Below, piece by piece: positions 18,679 through 26,436 of a stretch of DNA of 64,000 bases (within the stretch, counting starts at the first letter, position 1; each line of letters opens with the position of its first letter). This DNA is from an uncultured Chloroflexia bacterium (GTDB lineage: Bacteria > Chloroflexota > Limnocylindria > Limnocylindrales > CSP1-4). A program made the position numbers and the translations under genes. The notes below the pieces were generated by a model. That model was not told the origin of the DNA. It saw only the letters and a program-made list of their open reading frames with translations, and did not search any database. The stretch lies in NCBI GenBank assembly GCA_963752475.1, contig CAVVYR010000004.1, positions 32,001 through 96,000 of the forward strand, given 5' to 3'.

Positions 18679-19047
18679 CTAGTAGTTGAGCGTGGCCGAG
18701 GCCGAGGCGATCTCGGACACGAGGCGCGCGGCACCGATGACCTCGACGCCGTCGAGCAGGTCGTCCTCGGTGATGCCGCGGTGCTCCAGGCAGGGTGAGC
18801 AAGGCATGAGCAGACCACCGATGGCGGCGACGGTGTCTACCAGTTCCTGCAGTTCCGGGTAGGCGTGGGCGTGCACGTCCTCGGCGCCGCCCTTGGTCAC
18901 GAGACGGACCCCCTCGGCCTGGAAGGCCATGACGACCTCGATCTCGGAGACGAGCGCCCCGGCAGCCATGACGAACGGCAGCGTGGCCAGTTCAGGCTCC
19001 TCGGGTCCGTGGGTCACGATGATGACCAGCTTCTCTGGTTGGTCCAT
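18679..19047 (-). CDS. DsrE-family sulfur transfer protein
   Basis: VTHGPEEPELATLPFVMA, FQAEGV.L, CSPCLEHRGI and GAARLV motifs. Confidence 0.88.
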   Translation of the reverse strand: MDQPEKLVIIVTHGPEEPELATLPFVMAAGALVSEIEVVMAFQAEGVRLVTKGGAEDVHAHAYPELQELVDTVAAIGGLLMPCSPCLEHRGITEDDLLDGVEVIGAARLVSEIASASATLNY

Positions 19048-19111
19048 GTGGCGCGTGAGCCTCCTGCTTGCCTCCGGTCTGGGTCGTCGCGGTCGGACTC
19101 GGGTCCGCCCC

Positions 19112-19154
19112 GATATGTCTACATGTTTCGGTCATCTATATGCGTGGGCCATAT
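19112..19154. promoter_or_regulatory. Candidate operator in the dsrE / hemerythrin divergent gap
   Basis: AT-rich patch with adjacent ACATG-N7-CATCT (19121-19137) and ATATG-N7-CATAT (19138-19154). Confidence 0.45.
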
Positions 19155-19264
19155 TGTACCTGTCGCGGGGGCCATGTGGACCTGTATGCGCACATGCCAT
19201 CGAGGGCATGCTTCCCGCAGGCGGAGCCCGCTACCGTCTGGACCAACGCAGGAGGACGATCGAC

Positions 19265-19759
19265 GTGACTTCGGTATCGACCGCCGGACACGAGCACCAC
19301 GAGCGGCTCACGACCATGCTTGATGGACTACCGGCCCTCGCCGGCATGCTCGATGAACGGCCCCGCCCGGCGCGCTTCGAGGAACGCTTTCGTACCGTCC
19401 ACAACAGCGTCACCGGCACGCTCCTGCCCCACATCGACCGCGTCGAAACGACGCTCTACCCCGAGCTCGACCGACTCATGCAGAACCGGCACTCGATGAC
19501 CCAGATGCGTAACGAGCACGAGGACATCCGCGGGCTCGTGGAGCGGCTGGGGACGTTCGGCGAAGCCATCGAGGCTGATGCCCTTGGGCCCGCCGGCACG
19601 ATCGGACTGCGGCGGGTGCTATACCGGCTCTACGCCCTGCTCAAGGTCCACCTGGCCGAGGAGGAGGAGTACCTGCGCGTGCTCGAACACAACCTCTCCG
19701 ACGGCGAGCAGGCCGAACTGGTGAAGGGCATGGAGCACGCGGTCGCCGAGCCGCTGTAG
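19265..19759 (+). CDS. Hemerythrin-like (HHE) domain protein
   Basis: HEHH, PHIDRVE..LYP, MRNEHEDI and HLAEEEEY motifs; GTG start after AGGAGG. Confidence 0.85.
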   Translation: MTSVSTAGHEHHERLTTMLDGLPALAGMLDERPRPARFEERFRTVHNSVTGTLLPHIDRVETTLYPELDRLMQNRHSMTQMRNEHEDIRGLVERLGTFGEAIEADALGPAGTIGLRRVLYRLYALLKVHLAEEEEYLRVLEHNLSDGEQAELVKGMEHAVAEPL

Positions 19760-19851
19760 CCTCGCCCGGACACGACGTGCGGGATCGCGTCACGCGGGCG
19801 CCGGCGATCGGGTAAGCGCCCAAGCGCGGAACTGTGTCAGGCGGGCGCCGA

Positions 19852-20025
19852 CGATCTGGGTGGCAGCGCGATCCGGTGGGCGGCGCGATCCGGTGGGCGG
19901 CGGCGATCTGGGTGGCGCCGCGATCCAGGTGGCAGCGCGATCCGGTGGGCGGCGGCGATCTGGGTGGCAGCGCGATCAGGGTGGCGCCGACGATCTGGGT
20001 GGCAGCGCGATCAGGTGGGCGCCGA
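19852..20025. repeat. Tandem array of ten 17-18 bp units, each starting CGATC
   Basis: Units such as CGATCTGGGTGGCAGCG and CGATCCGGTGGGCGGCG abut with no spacers. Confidence 0.9.
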
Positions 20026-20294
20026 TGATGGACACTCGTCGCTGTGGTCGACGCTAAGTGCTCGCTCCGCCCTTCCCTATGGACATCCGTCGTCCGGGTC
20101 GACGCTAGTCGTGGATCCATGCCGGTCTACGGCTTCGAGTGGTGCCGACGGGCTTGGCCTATGCCCAGCCACACTCAGGATCCGAGCGGGCAGCCTCCGA
20201 TCCTTCTCTGACGCTGACTACAAGCACGACTAGGGTCGTTGGGAGCGACATGTGGCTACAACAGCACGCCTCGACCGGCGCGGGAGCCACGAGC

Positions 20295-20717
20295 CTATGG
20301 CGTGCGACGTCCACCGGCGATGGCGTCGAGATAGTCGGCGTTGAACTCACCGATGAGGCGAGCACGCTCGCGCATGACCACGGCCCAGTCGTCGAGCGCC
20401 TCCTGCCCGGCATCGGTCAGTTCGTAGGCACGTCGGCGCGGTCCGGCCGACTCCTCTGCCCAAACCGAGCTCACCAGCCGGTCGCGTTCGAGGTCGCGCA
20501 GCGTGCGATAGACGAGGCCCACATCGAGCGGCCCGTTGCTGACACGCATCTCCTCGAGACGCCCGAGGATGGCGTAGCCATAGGAATCGCCGCGGGCGAG
20601 CATGGCCAGGACGAAAGGCTCGATCCAGCGGCGCCGGGCGGCCAGCGGATTCCAGCCATGATGCGTCGGCGAACCGTCAGGATCTCGCGCGGCGATGCGC
20701 TCAATGGCTTCAGACAT
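20295..20717 (-). CDS. PadR-family transcriptional regulator
   Basis: GDSYGYAI, VYRTLRDLERDRLV and GPRRRAYELTDAGQEAL motifs. Confidence 0.93.
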   Translation of the reverse strand: MSEAIERIAARDPDGSPTHHGWNPLAARRRWIEPFVLAMLARGDSYGYAILGRLEEMRVSNGPLDVGLVYRTLRDLERDRLVSSVWAEESAGPRRRAYELTDAGQEALDDWAVVMRERARLIGEFNADYLDAIAGGRRTP

Positions 20718-20740
20718 ATGTCTCAGGATACGCTTGCGGA

Positions 20741-20990
20741 GCGCCGGGCGGGTGGATGGCGCCGGGCGGGCGGATGGCGCCGGGCGGGCGGATGGCGCCG
20801 GGCGGGCCGATGGCGCCGGGCGGGCGGATGGCGCCGGGCGGGCGGATGGCGCCGGGCGGGCGGATGGCGCCGGGCGGGCCGAGGAGCGCCGGTGGGCGGA
20901 TGGCGCCGCGCGGGCAGATGGCGCCGGGCGGGCCGCGCGGGCGGATGGCGCCGGGCGGGCCGAGGAGCGCCGGGCGGGCGGATGGCGCCG
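20741..20990. repeat. Tandem array of about 13 copies of the 18-bp unit GCGCCGGGCGGGCGGATG
   Basis: Read directly; early units are near-perfect and later units degenerate. Confidence 0.92.
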
Positions 20991-21101
20991 TATGCCGGAT
21001 CGTCAGGCAGTACGCTGCCGCAGTTCCGACACCCGACGTCATGAGTCGTGGCCTTGGCGCGCTTGGGCCAAGCGTGCTCCCGGACGCTGCGGCACATGGC
21101 A

Positions 21102-22415
21102 CTAGTAGATGCTGGGGAAGCGACTCCTGAAGCGCGGCAGCACGCCGTTGCCCATCTTGGCCCGGAAGGCCTCGAGCAGCCGAGCGTTGTTCGAGATCTC
21201 GAACCGGTTGTCGCGGGTGTAGGCCCGTACCGCCGCGAGGAACTTGGCCGAGCCGTAGTCCTCGCGCAGTTTGTCGAGGAAACGCGCGCCCTGCACGTAG
21301 ACGACCTCGAAGTAGCAGAAGTCCGAGTAGGCCTGCGAGGGCCGATCGAGCCGGTCGGTCGGGCAGCGGCTGGAGCGGATCGAGAGGTGCTTCTTGCGCG
21401 AGAAGTAGTCGGCCAGGGCCTCGTCGGCGAAGGCGTCGGTCGACTGGTCGTTGCCCACCGTTGCATACCACCACTGGTGGGCGGTCTCGTGGGAGACGAG
21501 GTAGGGCAGATCACTTGCCGGTCGCGAGGACGGGATCCAGATGAGCCCGGGCGATTCCATGGCCAGGCCCCCACCGGTCTCGGCGATGCGGTAGGTGTCG
21601 TGTGGATACGGGACGCTGGTGATCCTGCGATAGCGGGCCAGCTCGGCCTTGGCCAGCTTCAGGAGCTGCTTGCCGTCGTGCTTGCGCGAGTGGACGAAGA
21701 TCTTGGTCTTGCCGTTGAGCGACCTGCCCACGGTCGTCTTCCAGGCCGGGCTGGCGGTGAGGTTGAAGTCGCGCACGTGCGTGGCCACATAGCGGAACGT
21801 GCGGGCGTCGACCCGTTCCGCGCGACGGCCGCTGGTGGCCCATGCGAGCTTGCGGTCGGCCGTGACCGTGACCTCCACGCGCGGGCTCACGGGCGTCACG
21901 AATTGCTCTCCGTGGCCACTGTTGCCGAAAGGGGTTCGCCGGCTGACCCAGGGGATGAAGCGGTAGAGCTGCGCGACCCCGTTGAGCTTGGCGAAGAGAT
22001 AGCCCCGGCCGCCGGCCGACGTCCTGAGACGGGCCCTGAAGCCGACGAAGACGGTGGCCGAAGCACCCGCGACAAGATCCTTGTCCAGCGGCACCTTCAG
22101 CGTCTGGCCCACCTTCCTGACGGCGACCGCGGCCCCGTCCGAGCGCGCACGCAGGTTCTTCATGCTGCCCAGCTTGGCTGCGACGGTGTTGAGCTCCAGC
22201 CGGTCGATGCTGCGGCCGCTGGTGTTGCGTACGGCGATCCAGGTCCTGACGTCCACCCAGCGCGTGTCCCAGTCGAGGTCGACCTCGACGGTATAGCGGG
22301 CCTCGAGGTCGTAGCTGGTCGCCGCCGACACGGCCGCCGCCGGCACCAAGAGCGCCAACAGCACGAGCGCGACCGCGAGCACGGTGAGGCGGGCGAATCG
22401 GGGGTGTGCGGGCAT
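21102..22415 (-). CDS. Secreted M1-family (gluzincin) metallopeptidase
   Basis: Signal peptide; LAMESPG, HETAHQWW and DEALADY zinc motifs; YVQGA. Confidence 0.88.
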   Translation of the reverse strand: MPAHPRFARLTVLAVALVLLALLVPAAAVSAATSYDLEARYTVEVDLDWDTRWVDVRTWIAVRNTSGRSIDRLELNTVAAKLGSMKNLRARSDGAAVAVRKVGQTLKVPLDKDLVAGASATVFVGFRARLRTSAGGRGYLFAKLNGVAQLYRFIPWVSRRTPFGNSGHGEQFVTPVSPRVEVTVTADRKLAWATSGRRAERVDARTFRYVATHVRDFNLTASPAWKTTVGRSLNGKTKIFVHSRKHDGKQLLKLAKAELARYRRITSVPYPHDTYRIAETGGGLAMESPGLIWIPSSRPASDLPYLVSHETAHQWWYATVGNDQSTDAFADEALADYFSRKKHLSIRSSRCPTDRLDRPSQAYSDFCYFEVVYVQGARFLDKLREDYGSAKFLAAVRAYTRDNRFEISNNARLLEAFRAKMGNGVLPRFRSRFPSIY

Positions 22416-22566
22416 GACCGCCTCACGGTACCGCCCCGGTGGCGAATGCGAAAGGCACCACGGCCCTCCTCTGCGCCCTGGTGCGGTGCGGTGTCCTCGT
22501 TCCTACCAGGGTGGTGCCTACGGTCAACACCCGGTGCGTGGACGCTCCGTAGTCGTCGCGTTCCAC

Positions 22567-22621
22567 TACGTACTCGTACGGATGCTCCTCTCCGTAGTCG
22601 GTTCCGTACTCGCACGGATGC
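22567..22621. promoter_or_regulatory. Two candidate NarL/LuxR-type inverted-repeat sites
   Basis: TACGTA-CTCG-TACGGA (22567-22582) and TCCGTA-CTCG-CACGGA (22603-22618), upstream of the two-component pair. Confidence 0.45.
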
Positions 22622-22779
22622 CCCGGACCGGCCACGACGCCATCATGTTCAGCACAACGTCGAATACATCACCGCTCTTTTGACCCTTCACGGCGGGGTC
22701 GGAGTTGAGCGTCTAGAGAGTCGGACTGCGCTGGGGCGCGTCCGGCTCTCGACCTTTTCCGGAGACTATCATCGGCTAC

Positions 22780-24468
22780 ATGCAGTCTCCTCGCGCGAGC
22801 ACCCAGGGGCGGCGGACGATCCGCCTCGACGTCCTGTTGCTCGCGGCCGCGGGGTTCCTGCTCGTCACCACGCTGCTGCCCCAGATCGATGCCGATCTGA
22901 ACATCGTGATGAAGGACCGCACGCTCGATGTGGCCCTCTCGGCGCTGACCTTCGTGGCCGTCACCGGCCTGGCCATCCTGACCTTCCTGCGCTATCGCGA
23001 GACCGGCCGGCTGGCGGCGTTCGTGCAGTCCTCCGCCTTCACGCTCTGGGCCACCTTCACCTTCGCGACCCTGCTCTTCATGATCTTCCGGCTGGACGGT
23101 CGCATCGGCCTCACCCTGGGCGACCCCGAGCAACTGCCGCTGTGGGTCTCGGGCGTGGTACGCATGAGCGTGTCGGGGTTGCTGATGGTCAGCGGCGTGG
23201 CGGCACTGATGGGCATCTACGGCGGCGCCCGTCGACGGGTCCGCATCATCTTCCTGCCGGTGCTGGTCATCGCGGCCCTCACCATCGTCATCTACCCCTT
23301 CCGCGAACTGCTACCACCGCTCATCGAGCCCCAGGGCATGGAGGCGCTGCTGGCCGAGCCGGGCGAGTTCGCGCTGCTGCCGGGCTTCACCGGCCTGGCC
23401 CTCGTCATCGTCACCGTCACCGTCACCGGCCTCGTCGCAGGCGTGCTGCTATACCGCGTGACGTGGGGACGCGGTGGTCCCACCAGTGACGCCTTCACCG
23501 CCCTCGGGCTGGTCATGCTCGCGGTGGCCGAAGTCCAGTACGCCATCTGGCCCAGCGTCTACAGCAACCTCGTGACCATCTCCGACATCATGCGGTTGGT
23601 GGCCTACACGGTCCTGCTCGCGGGCACCTTTGCCGATCAGCGCAGCGACCTGCGTGCGCTCCGCTCGGCCTATGCCGCGCTCGATCGCATGCGCGTCAAC
23701 GAGGCCGAACGCGCGACGCTGGAAGAGCGGGCCCGCCTGGCGCGCGAGATCCACGATGGCCTGGCCCAGCACCTCTGGTTCGCCAAGCTCAAGTTCGAGC
23801 GACTGGGTTCCACGCTCTCCGATGATGAGCGGCCATTGGCCGAGGAGGTCACGCAGGCACTGGACGCGGCCATCATCGAGGCTCGCGAGGCGCTGGTCAC
23901 GATGCGCTCCAGCCTCGAAGAGGACGTGCCCTTCTCCGACATGCTCGTGCGCACGGTCGACGACTTCGAGAGCAGCTCCGGGCTGCGCGCGGATTTCACA
24001 GCCTCGACCGGCATCCCCTCCTCCTTCGCGCCCCGCGTGCAAGTCGAGTTGCTGCGCATCGTCAGCGAGGCCCTCAACAACGTGCGCAAGCACGCCGATG
24101 CCACGATCGTGCGCATCACCGCCGAGATCAACGATGGCGAGCTGCTGATCACCATCACCGACAACGGTCGCGGCTTCGATCAGAACGAGGCCTTCGACAA
24201 GGGCATGGGCCTGCAGGGCATGCATGAGCGCGCTCGGCTGATCGGCGGCTCGTTGCTGGTCATGTCCGAGTTCTCGGGTGGCACGACCATCGAGGTGCGG
24301 GCGCCCGTCGTCACCGCCGGCGTGGGCAGCATGAGCGAGACCTCTGAGCGCACAGCCATGGCACCGACTGATGAGGACGATCCCTTCATGCCAGAGCCGC
24401 CCGACGCATTCGCGAGCCCGTCCTCGGGCGAGACCGCCGACGCCAAGCCCACGGGTATGCAAACCTAG
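22780..24468 (+). CDS. Multi-TM sensor histidine kinase (HisKA_3)
   Basis: ERARLAREIHDGLAQ, EALNNVRKHA, DNGRGF and GMGLQGMHERA motifs. Confidence 0.94.
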   Translation: MQSPRASTQGRRTIRLDVLLLAAAGFLLVTTLLPQIDADLNIVMKDRTLDVALSALTFVAVTGLAILTFLRYRETGRLAAFVQSSAFTLWATFTFATLLFMIFRLDGRIGLTLGDPEQLPLWVSGVVRMSVSGLLMVSGVAALMGIYGGARRRVRIIFLPVLVIAALTIVIYPFRELLPPLIEPQGMEALLAEPGEFALLPGFTGLALVIVTVTVTGLVAGVLLYRVTWGRGGPTSDAFTALGLVMLAVAEVQYAIWPSVYSNLVTISDIMRLVAYTVLLAGTFADQRSDLRALRSAYAALDRMRVNEAERATLEERARLAREIHDGLAQHLWFAKLKFERLGSTLSDDERPLAEEVTQALDAAIIEAREALVTMRSSLEEDVPFSDMLVRTVDDFESSSGLRADFTASTGIPSSFAPRVQVELLRIVSEALNNVRKHADATIVRITAEINDGELLITITDNGRGFDQNEAFDKGMGLQGMHERARLIGGSLLVMSEFSGGTTIEVRAPVVTAGVGSMSETSERTAMAPTDEDDPFMPEPPDAFASPSSGETADAKPTGMQT

Positions 24469-24475
24469 CAAGGTC

Positions 24476-25177
24476 ATGACCATCGAGAAGCCGCGCGTCG
24501 CGGCAGCCCAGTCGACCACCGGCGACGGCGCCGGCAGGACCCTGCGTGTGATGCTCGTGGACGACCACGCACTCGTCCGTTCCGCGGTGCGTCAGGCTAT
24601 CAGCGCACCGGATGTAGAGCTCGTTGGTGAGGCCGGCAGCGCTGAGGACGCCTTCGCGCTGGCGCTCGCGGTGCGACCGGACGTGATGCTGCTGGACATC
24701 GACCTGCCGGGCATGAACGGTATCCAGATGCTCGAGGAGTTGAGCCCGCGCCTGCCGGAGACGAAGATCGTGATGCTCACGGTCTCGGACTCCGAGCGCG
24801 ACATGATCGACGCCCTTGCTCGCGGTGCCGCGGGCTACCTCACCAAGGACCTCGCACCGGAGGCGTTGCTGCGCGCACTTCGAGGCACGCAACAGGGCGA
24901 GCTGGCCATGTCGCGCCGCCACGCCTCGTCCGTCATGCGCCACTTCATCGGTGCCGCGCGCAAGGGACGTTCCGGCAACGCTGGTGGGCTGGAGGGGTTG
25001 AGTCCGCGAGAGAACGACGTGCTGCGCATGCTCGCCGACGGGCTGACCGATCGCGAGATCGCCGAGGCCCTCGTCATCAGCCCGCGGACGGTCGAGACGC
25101 ACGTGAGCAACATCCTGCACAAGCTCGGCGTGCGCAAGCGGGCCGAGGCAGCGCAGCGCTACCGCGAGTCCCGCTAG
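24476..25177 (+). CDS. NarL/LuxR-family response regulator
   Basis: LVDDHALVR, LLDIDLPG, GYLTK and LSPRENDVL...SPRTVETHVSNILHKLG. Confidence 0.95.
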   Translation: MTIEKPRVAAAQSTTGDGAGRTLRVMLVDDHALVRSAVRQAISAPDVELVGEAGSAEDAFALALAVRPDVMLLDIDLPGMNGIQMLEELSPRLPETKIVMLTVSDSERDMIDALARGAAGYLTKDLAPEALLRALRGTQQGELAMSRRHASSVMRHFIGAARKGRSGNAGGLEGLSPRENDVLRMLADGLTDREIAEALVISPRTVETHVSNILHKLGVRKRAEAAQRYRESR

Positions 25178-25181
25178 CGTC

Positions 25182-26105
25182 ATGAAGGTCGGCATCGTCC
25201 TGCCCCAGGGCTGGATGCGGGAGTACAGCGATCACACCTCCCGCGAGGCCTGGGCCAACAGCGTGGCCATCGCCCAGGCCAGCGAGCGCATGGGCTTCGA
25301 ATCGGTCTGGCTCTACGACCACTTCCACACCTGGCCGGCACCCGAGGATGTCATCGTCTTCGAGCCCTTCGTGGCCCTGTCCGCGCTGGCAGCGCTGACC
25401 GAGCGCGTGCGCATCGGGCACATCGTCATCTGCACCGGCTTCCGCAACCCTGCGCTCACGGCCAAGATGATCTCCACCCTCGACGTGGTCAGCGATGGGC
25501 GCGCGGAGCTGGGTATCGGCGCCGGCTGGAAGCGCGAGGAGTGGGAGGCCTACGGCTACGACTATCCCTCCACACGCGAACGGCTGGCGGTGCTCGGTGA
25601 GCACCTCGAGATCATCACGCGCATGCTCGACAGCACCACCGATGAGCGCGCCACGTACCAGGGGCAGCGGGCGCGGGTGGCCGGCGCGGTCAATCAGCCC
25701 AGGCCGCTGCAACACCCGCGGGTGCCGGTGATGGTCGGCGGCAATGGCCCCGAGGTGACCTGGCGACTGGCGGCACGCTACGCCGATGAACTCAACCTTG
25801 ACGGCCTCGACCCCGAGGCGGTGGCACGAGCCTTGCCGGTCATCCGCGCCCGCTGCGATGAGATCGGCCGCGACCCGGCGACGCTCAAGGTGTCTGTACA
25901 CACGTGGTACGAGGATGCGGGCGTCAGCGAACCGGGCCAGGCTCGGGTGGATCTGTTCGGGGCCTATCGCGAGCTGGGCCTCTCACGGGTGCAGTCCTAC
26001 GTCGATGGGCTGGCCGATGGCACCGACGCTCTCGAGGAATTCGCGGAGGACCTGCGCGCCGCGGGCATCCAGCTGAGGGACGGCGAGCCAGATCCACGGC
26101 GCTGA
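25182..26105 (+). CDS. LLM-class, probably F420-dependent, oxidoreductase
   Basis: GFESVWLYDHF, FRNPALTAKM.STLDVVS.GR.ELGIGAGW and VGGNG motifs. Confidence 0.9.
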   Translation: MKVGIVLPQGWMREYSDHTSREAWANSVAIAQASERMGFESVWLYDHFHTWPAPEDVIVFEPFVALSALAALTERVRIGHIVICTGFRNPALTAKMISTLDVVSDGRAELGIGAGWKREEWEAYGYDYPSTRERLAVLGEHLEIITRMLDSTTDERATYQGQRARVAGAVNQPRPLQHPRVPVMVGGNGPEVTWRLAARYADELNLDGLDPEAVARALPVIRARCDEIGRDPATLKVSVHTWYEDAGVSEPGQARVDLFGAYRELGLSRVQSYVDGLADGTDALEEFAEDLRAAGIQLRDGEPDPRR

Positions 26106-26436
26106 CTCGGTGGGTAGCGGCGTGGTGCGCGGTGGCGCGATGGCGGGGCGCGCGGTGGTGCTTCCCGTCCGCGTGCGCCTCACGTACACCCGACCGCCAT
26201 CACGTGGAGGGTGAACTCGACAGGAACGTCGGTGAAGTGCCGGCTCTCATGCTGGTGGAGGCTGAGATCGTCAGATCGAGCCTCCTCGAGGCTGAGACCT
26301 GCGAGAACCGCGCCCGAACGGTCGAGTTGACCCATGGTGGGGATGGCGCCGCGCGGTGTGAGATGCGCGAGCGCCAGACCGACGGCGTAGTTCGCCGGTC
26401 GCGTCATGGCGTGGCTCGTCTGGACGCTACCCGCTG

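Noticed and set aside
12828-19047. Evidence for methanogenesis or dissimilatory sulfate reduction
   Set aside because: No HdrB, Mcr, AprAB, Sat or DsrAB in the window; HdrA-family genes are widespread.
19852-20990. CRISPR array, or repeat-protein ORFs over the two tandem arrays
   Set aside because: Units abut with no unique spacers and there are no cas genes. ORFs are open in several frames only because the units lack stop codons.
26180-26335. Small minus-strand ORF (MGQLDRSG...VGCT)
   Set aside because: No RBS or family motif recognised; it may be a gene remnant but cannot be supported.
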